A stretch of DNA of 64,000 nt. Origin: Candidatus Woesearchaeota archaeon (GTDB taxonomy: Archaea; Nanobdellota; Nanobdellia; Pacearchaeales; GW2011-AR1). The position numbers were made by a program, and so were the translations under genes. The notes beneath the pieces were generated by a model. It saw only the letters and a program-made list of their open reading frames with translations. It did no database searches and had not been told where the DNA came from. This document shows, one piece after another, positions 1 to 8,718 of this stretch. The stretch is taken from assembly GCA_964608765.1 (NCBI GenBank), contig CAZSPD010000001.1:147223-211222 (forward strand). The letters run 5' to 3'. The stretch's first letter is position 1; the number at the start of each line of letters is the position of its first letter.

Positions 1-104
1 AATTCTTCAAGATTTCTTCCATCAAATCTCTTTCCTTCTCCTAAATATTTTTTTATTCTTTCTGCAGTTACTTCAGGTGTTATTGATATTTCTTCTCCGC
101 CCAT
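1..104 (-). CDS. rrp42: Exosome subunit Rrp42 (RNase PH-like), N-terminal fragment running off the window
   Basis: A minus-strand ATG at 104 opens MGGEEISITPEVTAERIKKYLGEGKRFDGRNLEE. It lies directly after the rrp41 stop, matching the conserved archaeal rrp4-rrp41-rrp42 order. Only 34 codons are visible. Confidence 0.55.
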   Translation of the reverse strand, partial: MGGEEISITPEVTAERIKKYLGEGKRFDGRNLEE

Positions 105-105
105 C

Positions 106-822
106 TTATTCATTTCCTCCATTTAAATCAACTGAATCTTTAAGTGCCTTTTTTTGTACTTCATATATTTTTTCACAAGATTTTCTAGCAAGTTCAATAG
201 CTTCCATTAATTGACTTGAAGTTATTTTTCCATCAAGTTGAAAATGAGTTATTTCTCCCGAGTGTGTCATTGAAACAGGAATATCAGTAGAACCTTCCCC
301 CACTTCATAATCTTCTTCTTCTTTACTTAAATCAACTACAATTGTTTTATCTAATTTACCTACTGAAATACTAGATACAATATCTTTCATAGGTATTCCT
401 GCATGAGCAAGTGCCATTGAAGCAGCATTTATTCCAGCACATCTAGTACCTGCATCTGCTTGAATTATATTAATGTGAACATCTACAACCATATTTGGAA
501 ATTTATCTAACATTAAAACAGGTTCTAGTGCCCATTCTGTTATTTTAGATATTTCAGTGCTTCTTCTAGATGGACCGGGCCTTATTCTTTCAGAAACAGA
601 AAAACTATTCATATTATAAGTGCACCTTAAAGTTCCTTTTTCAGGATTTTGTGAATGTTGAGGATGCATTTTTTTAGGTCCATACACAGCAGCTAATGCG
701 ATTGTATTTCCTGATCTAAACATTGCACTTCCATCTGCATTTGGAATTATTCCTACTTTAGCTTCAATTTCTCTAAACTCATCCACTTTTCTTCCATCTG
801 GTCTTTTAAAATTACTTGTCAT
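106..822 (-). CDS. rrp41: Exosome catalytic subunit Rrp41 (RNase PH domain)
   Basis: 238 aa. RNase PH-like sequence (RPDGRKVDEFREIE, TRCAGINAASMALAHAGIPM). Sits between rrp4 and rrp42. Confidence 0.9.
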   Translation of the reverse strand: MTSNFKRPDGRKVDEFREIEAKVGIIPNADGSAMFRSGNTIALAAVYGPKKMHPQHSQNPEKGTLRCTYNMNSFSVSERIRPGPSRRSTEISKITEWALEPVLMLDKFPNMVVDVHINIIQADAGTRCAGINAASMALAHAGIPMKDIVSSISVGKLDKTIVVDLSKEEEDYEVGEGSTDIPVSMTHSGEITHFQLDGKITSSQLMEAIELARKSCEKIYEVQKKALKDSVDLNGGNE

Positions 823-823
823 C

Positions 824-1558
824 TTAATGTTCCTCTACTTTAAATTCTGATTTATTTTCATTTTTTTTAGTTTCTTTTTTTTCTCCACCATTCTTTTTAA
901 ACCACTCTTCAACTTTTTCAGTAAGTCCTTCTACAAATGATTTCTCTGCTATAAACATTATTGCTCTTTTAGCAAATAATTCATCATCTACTTTATCTCC
1001 CTTTATCCAAATGTATCCATTTTGTCCTACTGTAATATTACAATTAGTATACTCTCTAATAACTTTTATCATACTTCCTTCTTTACCAATCACTCTCGGA
1101 ACTTTATTTGAATTTATTTTAAATACAATTCCTTCATCTATTCTTCCTAATCCTTTTGATTTTATTGTTAAGTCAATACCTCTTCCATTTGTAGAAAAAA
1201 TCTGAACAACACAAATATCTCCTATTTTCATAACTTCATCTAATCTATCTTTAGCTACAAATCTAGGTGTTTCAGTAAGGGGTAAGAAAGCATTTTCAGC
1301 AATTCCAATATCAATTACCCACCCATTAAATGTGATTAAATTACATTTTCCTATGACAATATTTCCTCTTCTTGGTTGATACACTCCTGAAAGTGGAATT
1401 AATTTTACTAATTTATTTGATTCTTCAGCAAGTCCGTATCTTAATGCAACTACTTTATTTCCTCTTTTTTCAGTACCTTCTCCTGGAAGATAATTATCTC
1501 CTTCTACAATTGTTTCTCCAGGTATTACAACTTTTCTCTTATTTTCTATTTCTGCCAT
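824..1558 (-). CDS. rrp4: Exosome RNA-binding subunit Rrp4 (S1 + KH domains)
   Basis: 244 aa. S1-like region (GNIVIGKCNLITFNGWVIDIG) and KH-like GKEGSMIKVI. Stop abuts the rrp41 start. Confidence 0.88.
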   Translation of the reverse strand: MAEIENKRKVVIPGETIVEGDNYLPGEGTEKRGNKVVALRYGLAEESNKLVKLIPLSGVYQPRRGNIVIGKCNLITFNGWVIDIGIAENAFLPLTETPRFVAKDRLDEVMKIGDICVVQIFSTNGRGIDLTIKSKGLGRIDEGIVFKINSNKVPRVIGKEGSMIKVIREYTNCNITVGQNGYIWIKGDKVDDELFAKRAIMFIAEKSFVEGLTEKVEEWFKKNGGEKKETKKNENKSEFKVEEH

Positions 1559-1562
1559 TTTA

Positions 1563-2234
1563 TTATTCTTTTATTTCTTGTGTAATAACACTTCCGTGTG
1601 TTATCGAATTTAATTTATCATAAAAATCCATTATCATTCCTGACGGGACTTCTACAACAACTTCAAGACTTCCATCATTCATCCAATTTTCTGAACTCTT
1701 ATAAGTAGATATTACTCCATAAGCCCTTCCCGTATAAACAGCAGGAATTTTTATTTTAACTTTTTTAGTTTCAATCTTTATTGGAATAATGATACTTATT
1801 TTTTCAAGAATTTCATTAATTTGATTTTCTATAGGTATATTCTTGATATTAATATTTGCTTGTTCAAGAGCGTTTTTAATTCTTTCGGCTGTATGAGGGT
1901 GCCCCGTTTGAGGGTCGTAAGCATTTTTAGAAAGAAAGTCCACAACTTGTTTAAATCTCTTTTCTTGTTCAGCATCTCTATACTCTTGTGTTGTTAATAT
2001 TTCTCCTTCTTTCACAATTTTTTCTACTATTTCATTAAAATCTGATGTACTAAATGCTTCTTTAAGATCAGATTCAGAAGCTCTTTCTCCTTTTTTCATA
2101 TCTTTAAATACAAAATCAGTTTCAGCTTGTATATTTGATATTAATCCTTTCTTGAATTTCAATGCATCATCTAGATTAACAAGAATTTCAAAATTTTTTC
2201 CAGATTTTTTAATTCGTGCTGTAGTATTAGTCAT
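1563..2234 (-). CDS. SBDS/Sdo1 ribosome maturation protein homologue
   Basis: 223 aa. N-terminal ARIKKSGKNFEILV is typical of archaeal SBDS. Conserved position in the exosome superoperon. Confidence 0.85.
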   Translation of the reverse strand: MTNTTARIKKSGKNFEILVNLDDALKFKKGLISNIQAETDFVFKDMKKGERASESDLKEAFSTSDFNEIVEKIVKEGEILTTQEYRDAEQEKRFKQVVDFLSKNAYDPQTGHPHTAERIKNALEQANINIKNIPIENQINEILEKISIIIPIKIETKKVKIKIPAVYTGRAYGVISTYKSSENWMNDGSLEVVVEVPSGMIMDFYDKLNSITHGSVITQEIKE

Positions 2235-2236
2235 TT

Positions 2237-2956
2237 TTATAATTCTTTAATATTTTCCCCTTCTAATTTCTTTAATTTTTGTTCTTCTTTAGAAATATAA
2301 GCTAATTCAAATTTTTTAAGATTAAACTTGTTTCCCTGAACTTTTTCAAATATTTCTAATACAAGTTTAACTCCTTGTTTTATTGTAAGGCTTTGCTTGT
2401 ATTTTTCCCTTAATTCTTCTTTTATCTTATTATCATTCTCACCTATAACATTTGCATAGTATGAAAAATAATTTCCAGTAACATCACTAACAAATAATTC
2501 TCCTTTTTTTCCATTTATTCCAGCAATCATCATTGATACTCCAAATGGTCTTGCACCACCATATTGTGTAAATTGTTGTTTCATATTTGCAATTTCTTTT
2601 ATTACTAATTCAGGTTCTATAGGAGAATCATAAGTAACTCTATGTTGCTGACAAAAAAGTTGTGCTCTTTCTACAAGTATCCTTGCATCAGACAATATTC
2701 CTGATGAGCTACCGATTATATGAGAATCGATTTCAGATATTTTACTTGCTGATTCTTTTACAATAAGTTTATCTTCAATTCTTTTATCTGCAAGTATGAA
2801 AACCCCGTCAGAACAAACCATTCCAACACTGGAACTCCCCAATCTTACTGTTTTTTCAGCATATTCAACTTGGAGTAAATGTCCTTCTGGAGAAAACATC
2901 GTAGCTGTTCTATCGTAACCCATTGCTTGATTTTGCATGTCCATAGGCATATCCAT
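2237..2956 (-). CDS. psmA: 20S proteasome alpha subunit
   Basis: Carries the YDRTATMFSPEGHLLQVEYA alpha-type N-terminal signature. The true start may be the internal Met at 2938 (MQNQAMGYDR). Confidence 0.9.
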   Translation of the reverse strand: MDMPMDMQNQAMGYDRTATMFSPEGHLLQVEYAEKTVRLGSSSVGMVCSDGVFILADKRIEDKLIVKESASKISEIDSHIIGSSSGILSDARILVERAQLFCQQHRVTYDSPIEPELVIKEIANMKQQFTQYGGARPFGVSMMIAGINGKKGELFVSDVTGNYFSYYANVIGENDNKIKEELREKYKQSLTIKQGVKLVLEIFEKVQGNKFNLKKFELAYISKEEQKLKKLEGENIKEL

Positions 2957-3047
2957 TGTATATTAAGAGAATTTTATAATCAATTTAATTTTTTCTCTGT
3001 TCTTGTTTAAATTTAACATTTTTGGAAGTTTTTAAGTTTTTTGGTGG

Positions 3048-3335
3048 CTACTTTTGCTTTTTTAAACCCCTTAAAGTCCCACTAACTTTACTAACTTCTA
3101 TTTTCTCATTCAAGATTGCAATACTGGCTCTAACTAAATCAACAGCCTCTCTATTTATTGATATAATCACTTCTCCTTTATTTTGCTTTATAAAATTTAA
3201 TCCGCATTTACTCATACCAAGTATTCCTGAAAATTGAAGTATTGCTCTTTCAATACTTTCCTTAATATTTTCACTCTCTCCTTTAATAAGAAGATATCTT
3301 TTATTTTCTTTATGTGATGCAATTAATGGTTTCAT
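3048..3335 (-). CDS. RNase P protein component Pop5/Rpp14-like
   Basis: 95 aa with KRYLLIKGE, VIISINREAVDLVRASIAIL and SGTLRGL, resembling archaeal Pop5. Conserved position upstream of psmA in the superoperon. Shorter than typical Pop5. Confidence 0.65.
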   Translation of the reverse strand: MKPLIASHKENKRYLLIKGESENIKESIERAILQFSGILGMSKCGLNFIKQNKGEVIISINREAVDLVRASIAILNEKIEVSKVSGTLRGLKKQK

Positions 3336-3369
3336 ATATTATTAAATTAAAAACACTTTATATCTTTTA

Positions 3370-4824
3370 TTATCCAGAGAAATCCTCTGCTTTGTAAAGA
3401 AACACTTTGGTTTCACTATCTTTCCAACACTCTGCTTCCATTCCTCCTTTAATACACAAATTACCTAAGAAATTCTCTTTATTTGGAATAAATTCCCAGA
3501 CACTAGGTAAAAATGTACTTTGGTGCTCCCCTCTTATTAGAACAATACCATATTTTCTTTCATCTAGTTTTTTAAGTAATTCTTCATAATTTTCATATTC
3601 AAATAATGTAGGAATATCCAAAACACTAATATCAATTACAGCCTCTTCTAATTCTTTTTTTGTTAGTGGGAAAAATCTTTCATCATTAACTGCAGCATTT
3701 ATTGAATTTTCAATAATACATTCATATAAACTTTTTTGAGGGATAATATGTCCAATACATCCCCTCAGCTCATTATTTTTAGAAAATGTAACAAAACACC
3801 CTCTCTTTTCTTTAAGTTTTTCAGGAATATTTTTTTCATCTATTTTTACACTCTTTCCACTCTTAAGATATTCTTCTGTATTTTTTCTTGCGAGATTTAA
3901 CATAAATTCTTTTTCTTTATAATTAAATTCACTTTCATCAACAAAAACAATTGCAGAATATCCCACTACACTTGTATTATCTCCACTTATATCTCCTGAA
4001 TTTGCATAAGATATAAAATAAGGTTTCCAAGATTTTTCTTTAGCAATTTCTAAAAGACTCGCAACAGCCCAAGGAGCATCAATTTCAGCACTAAATATAC
4101 CCTTAGAATCTAAATCCATTATTCTCCCAATAGAATATGAGTCTAAATCAATTGCTTGATTATACTCATGATAATGAGACAAGTCAACACTAACAACAAT
4201 TAAATCATCTTCTTCTAAATATTTTAGAATTACTTCTTTTAGTTCAACACTGTTTGTTTCACCAACCAACATTGGAACTATTTCAAATTCTTTTAATTTT
4301 GATTGTAAAAAAGGTAATTCAATTTCTAAAGAGTGTTCTTTTTCGTGTGCTTCTTCAATATTGAATATAGTTTTTTCATTATTTACTATTTCTTTTGCTT
4401 TTTTACTAACTTTAATGTTTCCAAGTGGAGTAGAGTAATATTTAAAAGATGAAATTGAAACATTTTTTAAAAAATAATAATGACTCGGTCCCATTAAAAA
4501 AACTGTTTTATAATTTTCTTCTAATTGATTAAATGCACTTGCTGCTATTTTTCCAGAATAAACATAACTAGCATGAGGAACAATCACTGCCTTTACTTTT
4601 CCATTAAAATCTTTTTTTTCATAACCTTCAAAATATTCTTTAATTGATTTTTCAAGTTCTACTTTATCCCCCGGATACCATGTCCCAGAAAACTGAGGTT
4701 CTCTAATATGTTTTTCATTCATTTTATTTTTTGGATTAATAAAAACTATTAAAATTAATAGAATAACAAAGATAATTGTAATATAAATAATTGTTTTTTT
4801 TAGCTTACCTCTTCTTCCAGACAT
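3370..4824 (-). CDS. Membrane-anchored fusion of a MEMO-like domain (AmmeMemoRadiSam protein B) and AMMECR1 (protein A)
   Basis: 484 aa. N-terminal TM helix (IIYITIIFVILLILIVFI). MEMO-type VPHASYVYSGKIAASAF and VDLSHYH. C-terminal AMMECR1-type CFVTF and LRGCIGHI. Confidence 0.75.
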   Translation of the reverse strand: MSGRRGKLKKTIIYITIIFVILLILIVFINPKNKMNEKHIREPQFSGTWYPGDKVELEKSIKEYFEGYEKKDFNGKVKAVIVPHASYVYSGKIAASAFNQLEENYKTVFLMGPSHYYFLKNVSISSFKYYSTPLGNIKVSKKAKEIVNNEKTIFNIEEAHEKEHSLEIELPFLQSKLKEFEIVPMLVGETNSVELKEVILKYLEEDDLIVVSVDLSHYHEYNQAIDLDSYSIGRIMDLDSKGIFSAEIDAPWAVASLLEIAKEKSWKPYFISYANSGDISGDNTSVVGYSAIVFVDESEFNYKEKEFMLNLARKNTEEYLKSGKSVKIDEKNIPEKLKEKRGCFVTFSKNNELRGCIGHIIPQKSLYECIIENSINAAVNDERFFPLTKKELEEAVIDISVLDIPTLFEYENYEELLKKLDERKYGIVLIRGEHQSTFLPSVWEFIPNKENFLGNLCIKGGMEAECWKDSETKVFLYKAEDFSG

Positions 4825-4928
4825 ACATTCTTTAACAAACTTCTATCTAAAAACCTTCCTAAAAAAATATTTAAAGCAACTATGCCAATTATTTACATAA
4901 ATTTACACAAAAAAGAGGATTAAACAAG

Positions 4929-6272
4929 ATGGAAATTTGTACTATTGGAGGTTATGAAGAAGTCGGAAAAAATATGACTGCTGTAAAAGTCGGAGACAAT
5001 GTTGTTATCTTTGACGCTGGAATTTATCTCCCACCATTAGTGGAATTACAAGAACAAGAATCCCAAGTCCAATATACTGAAAATATGCTTAGAGCAGCAA
5101 AAGCAATACCTAATGATTTAATCTTAGATAGATTAGGATGGACAGATAAAGTAAAATTAATTATAATTGGACATGCTCATTTAGACCATGTAGGTGCTTT
5201 ACCTTATCTTGCTCATAGATACCCTAAAGCAGAAATTCTTGCAAGTCCTTTTACAATGGCTGTTTTAGAAGGAATACTCAAAGATGAGAAGATAAGTATT
5301 AGAAATAAAAGAAGAGTCGTAAAAGAAAACTCAACTTACACATTTAAGGGTAATTCTGAGTCAATTAAAATAGAATTTATTAACACAACTCACTCTACAC
5401 TTCAATGTCTTTTTGTTGCATGGCATTCAAGAGAGGGAATTTTCTTTTATGGATTAGATTTTAAATTTGATAATCATCCTATTATAGGATTACCTCCTAA
5501 TTATAAAAGATTAAAAGAATTAGGTAAATTAGGAGTAAAATGTCTTGTAGTAGATGCTTTATATTCTGATACTGACAGAAGAACTGCAAGTGAAAGAATA
5601 GCAAGGAATTTACTTGAAGACGCTCTTGGAAATATTTATGATAAGAAATCTGCAATTTTTATAACAACTTTCTCTTCCCATATTGCACGACTTAAGAGTA
5701 TAGTAGATTTTGGACAAAAAACAAGGAGAAAAATAGTGTTTATTGGAAGAAGCTTAAATAAATATGTTGAAGCTGCAATTAAAGTTAACCAGTGTCCATT
5801 TAAAAATAAAATAAATACAATAAAATACCGTGGACAAATTAATTCCTTTTTGAAAAAAGTAGAAAGAAATAGAGGAGACTATCTTATTGTGTGTACTGGA
5901 CATCAAGGAGAAAAAGGTTCTATTTTAGATAGAATAATCTATAATGAAACTCCGTTCAAATTTAGAACAGGAGATAATTTAATATTTTCTTCAAGTATAA
6001 TACCTGCTTCTGTAAATATTAATGCCAGAGAAAAAATGGATAACAAGTTAAAGAAGCAAGGAGTAAGATTACAGACAGATGTTCATGTCTCAGGGCACGG
6101 GGGTAAAGAAGATTTAAGAGATTTATTAGAGATGCTAAAACCGAAACATTTAATTCCTGCACATGGTTCTTTAAAACAGGAGGCCCCCCTAATAGATTTA
6201 GCAAGTGAGATGGGATACAAATTTCAAGAAAACTCTCATTTATCTTCAAATGGAAAGGTGATAAAAATATAA
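4929..6272 (+). CDS. rnj: Archaeal RNase J (metallo-beta-lactamase/beta-CASP ribonuclease)
   Basis: 447 aa. GHAHLDHVGALPYL MBL motif, VHVSGHGGKEDL and IPAHG beta-CASP C-terminal motifs. No KH domains, unlike the aCPSF1 at 14437. Confidence 0.8.
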   Translation: MEICTIGGYEEVGKNMTAVKVGDNVVIFDAGIYLPPLVELQEQESQVQYTENMLRAAKAIPNDLILDRLGWTDKVKLIIIGHAHLDHVGALPYLAHRYPKAEILASPFTMAVLEGILKDEKISIRNKRRVVKENSTYTFKGNSESIKIEFINTTHSTLQCLFVAWHSREGIFFYGLDFKFDNHPIIGLPPNYKRLKELGKLGVKCLVVDALYSDTDRRTASERIARNLLEDALGNIYDKKSAIFITTFSSHIARLKSIVDFGQKTRRKIVFIGRSLNKYVEAAIKVNQCPFKNKINTIKYRGQINSFLKKVERNRGDYLIVCTGHQGEKGSILDRIIYNETPFKFRTGDNLIFSSSIIPASVNINAREKMDNKLKKQGVRLQTDVHVSGHGGKEDLRDLLEMLKPKHLIPAHGSLKQEAPLIDLASEMGYKFQENSHLSSNGKVIKI

Positions 6273-6273
6273 T

Positions 6274-6957
6274 ATGGTTAAATTAAATGAAGAAATAATA
6301 GGAGGTTTAGTATCTGCATTATCTAGGGGAGAACCCCTTGAAAAAGCTATGATGACTTTCTATAATGCAGGGTATGATAGAGAGGAAATAGAAGATTCTG
6401 CAAAAGAAGTTTATGATAAACTTGGTCCCCAAATAATGGGTGTTAAAGGAACTTTACAAGATACTTTAGATGATATTGCAACAAAAGCAGGTGTTCCCAA
6501 TAAAGAAAAGCCAAAAGAAGAAGAGCCTCCAAAAAAAGACACTACTTTTACTGATAACTTAGAACTTCAAAAAATGCCAGAAAAGAAAGATGTTTCTCCT
6601 AAGGATTTAGAAAAACCATTGGAATCTACTCCAACTACTCAACAACTTTCAAGTTTAGACTCAACTCAATTACACTATCAACAAAATGACGATATTACAA
6701 ATAAAATAAAAGAAGCTATTAAAGATTTAAAACCAGTAAACATTCCTTCAAAAATAGAGGTAATTCATAAAAACGAGGGACAAAACCAAAAAGTTATTCA
6801 ACATGTTTCAAGATATGATGATTCTCCAAAACCCCCAAGTAAAGTAGTTACCTATGTTTTAATAGTTATTTTAATATTGCTCTTAGGTGCTTTAGTTTCA
6901 GTGTTCCTTTTTAAGGAAGATTTAATAAAGTTTTTTAATAATATTGGACTTAATTAA
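6274..6957 (+). CDS. Hypothetical tail-anchored membrane protein with a K/E/P-rich linker
   Basis: 227 aa. C-terminal TM (VVTYVLIVILILLLGALVSVFLF). N-terminal helical motif FYNAGYDREEIEDSA. Start is 1 nt after the RNase J stop. Confidence 0.55.
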   Translation: MVKLNEEIIGGLVSALSRGEPLEKAMMTFYNAGYDREEIEDSAKEVYDKLGPQIMGVKGTLQDTLDDIATKAGVPNKEKPKEEEPPKKDTTFTDNLELQKMPEKKDVSPKDLEKPLESTPTTQQLSSLDSTQLHYQQNDDITNKIKEAIKDLKPVNIPSKIEVIHKNEGQNQKVIQHVSRYDDSPKPPSKVVTYVLIVILILLLGALVSVFLFKEDLIKFFNNIGLN

Positions 6958-6960
6958 TCT

Positions 6961-7512
6961 ATGAAAACTATTTACCCTCCTGCAGAAGATTCTTATTTAA
7001 TGTCTAGGATATTAAAAGAGCAGCTTCCAAACCTTTTAGAGAATAATGAAGACTTAAAATTTTTAGAGATAGGTGTTGGCTCTGGAATACATCTTCAAAC
7101 AGCAGATAATTTAGGAGTTAAAATAGAAAATATTTTTTCCTCAGATATAAATCATAATTCAGTGGAGCATTGTAATATTCTGGGGTTTCACTGTATTTAT
7201 TCAGATTTATTTGAAAATATTGAAGGAAAATTTGATTTAATAATTTTTAATCCTCCTTATCTTCCTGAAGATATTAATGAACCTCAAGATTCAGCACTTT
7301 CAACTACAGGGGGTAAAAAAGGAAATGAAATTATTCTCAGATTTTTAAATGATGCAAAACTTTACCTTAAAGAAAATGGAAAAATATTTTTAATAACAAG
7401 TTCAATTTCAGAAGATATTGATTTTAAGAGCTTAGGATATTTAGAGAAAGAAATTGGATGTGAAAAATTGTTCTTTGAGAGGCTTTGTGTTTGGGAACTA
7501 AGAGTTAATTAA
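6961..7512 (+). CDS. HemK/Mtq2-type N5-glutamine (release factor) methyltransferase
   Basis: 183 aa. IYPPAEDSYLM N-terminus, SAM motif EIGVGSG, catalytic IFNPPYLP (NPPY). Confidence 0.75.
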   Translation: MKTIYPPAEDSYLMSRILKEQLPNLLENNEDLKFLEIGVGSGIHLQTADNLGVKIENIFSSDINHNSVEHCNILGFHCIYSDLFENIEGKFDLIIFNPPYLPEDINEPQDSALSTTGGKKGNEIILRFLNDAKLYLKENGKIFLITSSISEDIDFKSLGYLEKEIGCEKLFFERLCVWELRVN

Positions 7513-8296
7513 TATTTTCTTCAAATACTGCTTTTTTTTCTTTATAAAATACACCTAAAGGAATTTTAGTCTTTTTATTTAAAATATTATAATCAAATTC
7601 TTCTGCTCTTTTCATTGCACTATTAAAATCTTTAACATCATGTTTCTTTTCTTTAAGCATATATGTATATTTTTTATAATCATCATTAGGATGAAATACT
7701 AAACAAGGTTGAATAACCTCGATAAATGCAAATCCTTTGTGATTAAACGCTTCTTCAAGAACATCTTCTATTTGTTTTACATCTGCATACACTCTAGCAA
7801 CAAATGTTGCTCCTGCGGAAAGCATTAATTTAATTGGGTTTAAAGGAAGAACATTAACTCCTTTTGGAGTTGTCTTATCTTTAAAATTTAATTCAGTTGT
7901 GGGAGTTGGTTGCCCAACAGTAAGAGCAAATACTTGATTATTGTGTACAAGATATTTCATATTTGAGTTGTATCTTGCAGCATGAATAAGATGTTCAATT
8001 CCTTCTGCATATGCATCTCCGTCTCCTGAAAATCCAATTACATTCATTTTAGGATTTGCAACTTTAATTCCTAATGCAGTAGGCAAAACTCTTCCATGAA
8101 GTGTATTTATTCCATTTAAATTGATGTAATCAAATATTTTAGCATGGCATCCTATACCTGCTACTATAGCATAATTATTTTTATCTGATTCATTTTTGAT
8201 TTTTTTATTTAAAAAATTCTTTACACCTGCAAGTATCTGAAAATTCCAGCATCCAGGACACCAAGTTGGTTTTGTAGGTGAATTTAAATTTACCAT
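7505..8296 (-). CDS. 2-oxoacid:ferredoxin oxidoreductase, beta (TPP-binding) subunit
   Basis: WCPGCWNF Cys motif and GDGDAYAEG TPP motif. I place the start at the Met at 8296 (MVNLNS) because of GGTGGAGGT 9 nt upstream and a TAATG overlap with the preceding ORF. The ORF track start is 8329. Confidence 0.85.
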   Translation of the reverse strand: MVNLNSPTKPTWCPGCWNFQILAGVKNFLNKKIKNESDKNNYAIVAGIGCHAKIFDYINLNGINTLHGRVLPTALGIKVANPKMNVIGFSGDGDAYAEGIEHLIHAARYNSNMKYLVHNNQVFALTVGQPTPTTELNFKDKTTPKGVNVLPLNPIKLMLSAGATFVARVYADVKQIEDVLEEAFNHKGFAFIEVIQPCLVFHPNDDYKKYTYMLKEKKHDVKDFNSAMKRAEEFDYNILNKKTKIPLGVFYKEKKAVFEENIN

Positions 8297-8718
8297 TAAA
8301 ATTTTACCTCCACCATAAATTCTTTCCATCTAGGGATTATAATTGAGAGAGCCCCTATTATTAAAGCAAGCATAATTCCAACTTCATTATGTTGATTTGC
8401 TATCATTCTTTGAATGCCCACAATAATTATTAATGCTCCTGCAAATATAAAGTAAGGTATTCTCCAAGATTTGTTTTGGTCAATAAAAAACCATAATATA
8501 TACAATGCAAGAATTATAAATAATACATGTTGCGAAGCATCAAATAAAATATCTTTTCCAAATAAATACATTGGGATGTATTTAAAGAGGATTAACCCAA
8601 TTATCATTAACAATGCAGTGTATGTTATCCAGATTAATTGTTTTTGCACATCAGACCTAATTTTATTATTTTTTTTACTCCCTTTTTTTTGTTTTTTGGA
8701 TTTACTTTTTTTTACCAT
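8296..8718 (-). CDS. Small 4-TM membrane protein encoded between the OFOR alpha and beta genes
   Basis: 140 aa. Lys-rich N-terminus followed by four hydrophobic helices. TAATG start/stop overlaps at both ends. Confidence 0.6.
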   Translation of the reverse strand: MVKKSKSKKQKKGSKKNNKIRSDVQKQLIWITYTALLMIIGLILFKYIPMYLFGKDILFDASQHVLFIILALYILWFFIDQNKSWRIPYFIFAGALIIIVGIQRMIANQHNEVGIMLALIIGALSIIIPRWKEFMVEVKF

